This document shows positions 63,077 through 64,000 of a stretch of DNA of 64,000 bases, in pieces; the stretch's first letter is position 1; every line of letters begins with the position of its first letter. The stretch spans positions 620,001 through 684,000 of the forward strand of contig CDRNVI010000021.1 of the NCBI GenBank assembly GCA_977017575.1, read 5' to 3'. The notes under the pieces are model-generated. The model saw nothing but the letters and a program-made list of their open reading frames with translations, had not been told where the DNA came from and did no database searches. This DNA is from Paramoeba atlantica (taxonomy: Eukaryota > Protista > Discosea). The translations under genes and the position numbers were made by a program.

Positions 63077-64000
63077 ATGACTTCCTCTACATTTCACCTT
63101 CGACAGAAGGTCCTAGCGCGGCAAAAAGGCTGTGAAATTTGGAAAAATGCTGTAATATGTGATAAATCTGTTCGCGACGGAGGAGTGGCTTGGTATTATG
63201 TGCACTGGCTGGACCAAAACCGAAGAATGGACGAGTGGGTTACGCAAGATCGACTTCGAGTTTCTGGCAACGCTCGACGTTTGCGTTTTTCTCCCGATTT
63301 AGAGTTGCTAAACGCTCCTTCCATGATCACACGTCGCCGAAGTAAAACTCTGAACGTGGAGAAAATACAAACCCCCGCTTATAGTCAGCCTTTGAAGAAA
63401 GAGACGTACCGACTTCCTAAACCACCTGTCCGCCCGCGTTACGATGACCGCGCCAAAAATGTTGCTTTGGTTCATTTTGGGGACTGGATACTTGAATCTT
63501 GGTATTACTCCCCTTACCCTCTATTACATCCCTCTATTGTGCCTTCTCACAGTACAGACTCAACCAAGGAGGGGGGGCGCAAAGTTTTTCGAAACTTTTT
63601 TAAACTTCAAGAACCAACAAATCTAAATATGTATGAAAATTCGGATACATGTGAAACACCATCACTACATAATTACGCTACCAACCCACCATTGTCCGTG
63701 GTAGGTAATCACTTGCCTCAACTATACATCTGTGAAAAGTGTTTAAAAGCCCACCTATCGGCTAGCGAACTGGAGGAATACCACACACCATACTGCACAT
63801 TTCAACATCCCCCGGGGAATGAAATCTATCGCGACACCGTACAGAATATACTCGTCTTCGAGGTCGACGGCGTCTCGCAACCTCACTACTGTGAGCGCCT
63901 GTGTCTACTCTCGCGCTTGTTTCTTGAGCACAAATGTGTGGAGTGGGACACCAGTCCTTTTCTTTTTTATATTCTAGCCCACGTGGACACTCACGGTCTC
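63077..64000 (+). CDS. MYST-family histone acetyltransferase (3' truncated by window edge; absent from the ORF track)
   Basis: My translation gives a Tudor-knot YYVHWLDQNRRMDEWV, FGDWILESWYYSPYP, zinc finger LYICEKCLK..H, HPPGNEIYRD, VFEVDG and YCERLCLLSRLFLEHK..PFLFYIL. The frame is open to base 64000. Confidence 0.9.
   Translation, partial: MTSSTFHLRQKVLARQKGCEIWKNAVICDKSVRDGGVAWYYVHWLDQNRRMDEWVTQDRLRVSGNARRLRFSPDLELLNAPSMITRRRSKTLNVEKIQTPAYSQPLKKETYRLPKPPVRPRYDDRAKNVALVHFGDWILESWYYSPYPLLHPSIVPSHSTDSTKEGGRKVFRNFFKLQEPTNLNMYENSDTCETPSLHNYATNPPLSVVGNHLPQLYICEKCLKAHLSASELEEYHTPYCTFQHPPGNEIYRDTVQNILVFEVDGVSQPHYCERLCLLSRLFLEHKCVEWDTSPFLFYILAHVDTHGL

Noticed and set aside
1-64000. tRNA, rRNA, spliced-leader RNA genes and cis-spliced introns
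   Set aside because: None were recognised by eye; all conserved proteins read through as single ORFs.

Overview
This is a gene-dense, intron-less eukaryotic window in which every credible protein gene lies on the + strand. It includes kinetoplastid-type mitochondrial proteins (uS5m-like, ATP synthase subunit k-like, soluble HMG-CoA reductase). I infer a kinetoplastid polycistronic gene cluster, most likely from a Perkinsela-like prokinetoplastid; the taxon is inferred, not shown. Housekeeping genes (DDX11, APE1, ClpB/Hsp78, RPC11, GPN3, PPIL4, NEMF, HMGR, TKT, ASNSD1, MYST HAT) are interspersed with 10 dispersed members of one LRR family. Four repeat-rich spacers (about 3.9-5.9, 9.9-17.7, 31-37.7 and 61.5-63 kb) hold TIR elements/MITEs, a pogo-type transposase remnant and three copies of a box C/D snoRNA-like sequence. 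The most striking item is a 2,400-bp element at 33235-35634. It starts with a complete type-P1 twister ribozyme, carries an internal region complementary to both of its own ends (the circle junction), has CATT at both termini, and contains an internally deleted RT/RNase H ORF. This suggests a ribozyme-processed, DIRS-like (tyrosine-recombinase class) retroelement without long ITRs or split direct repeats. Six protein genes also contain GC-rich islands that switch abruptly from C-rich to G-rich, including at synonymous sites.
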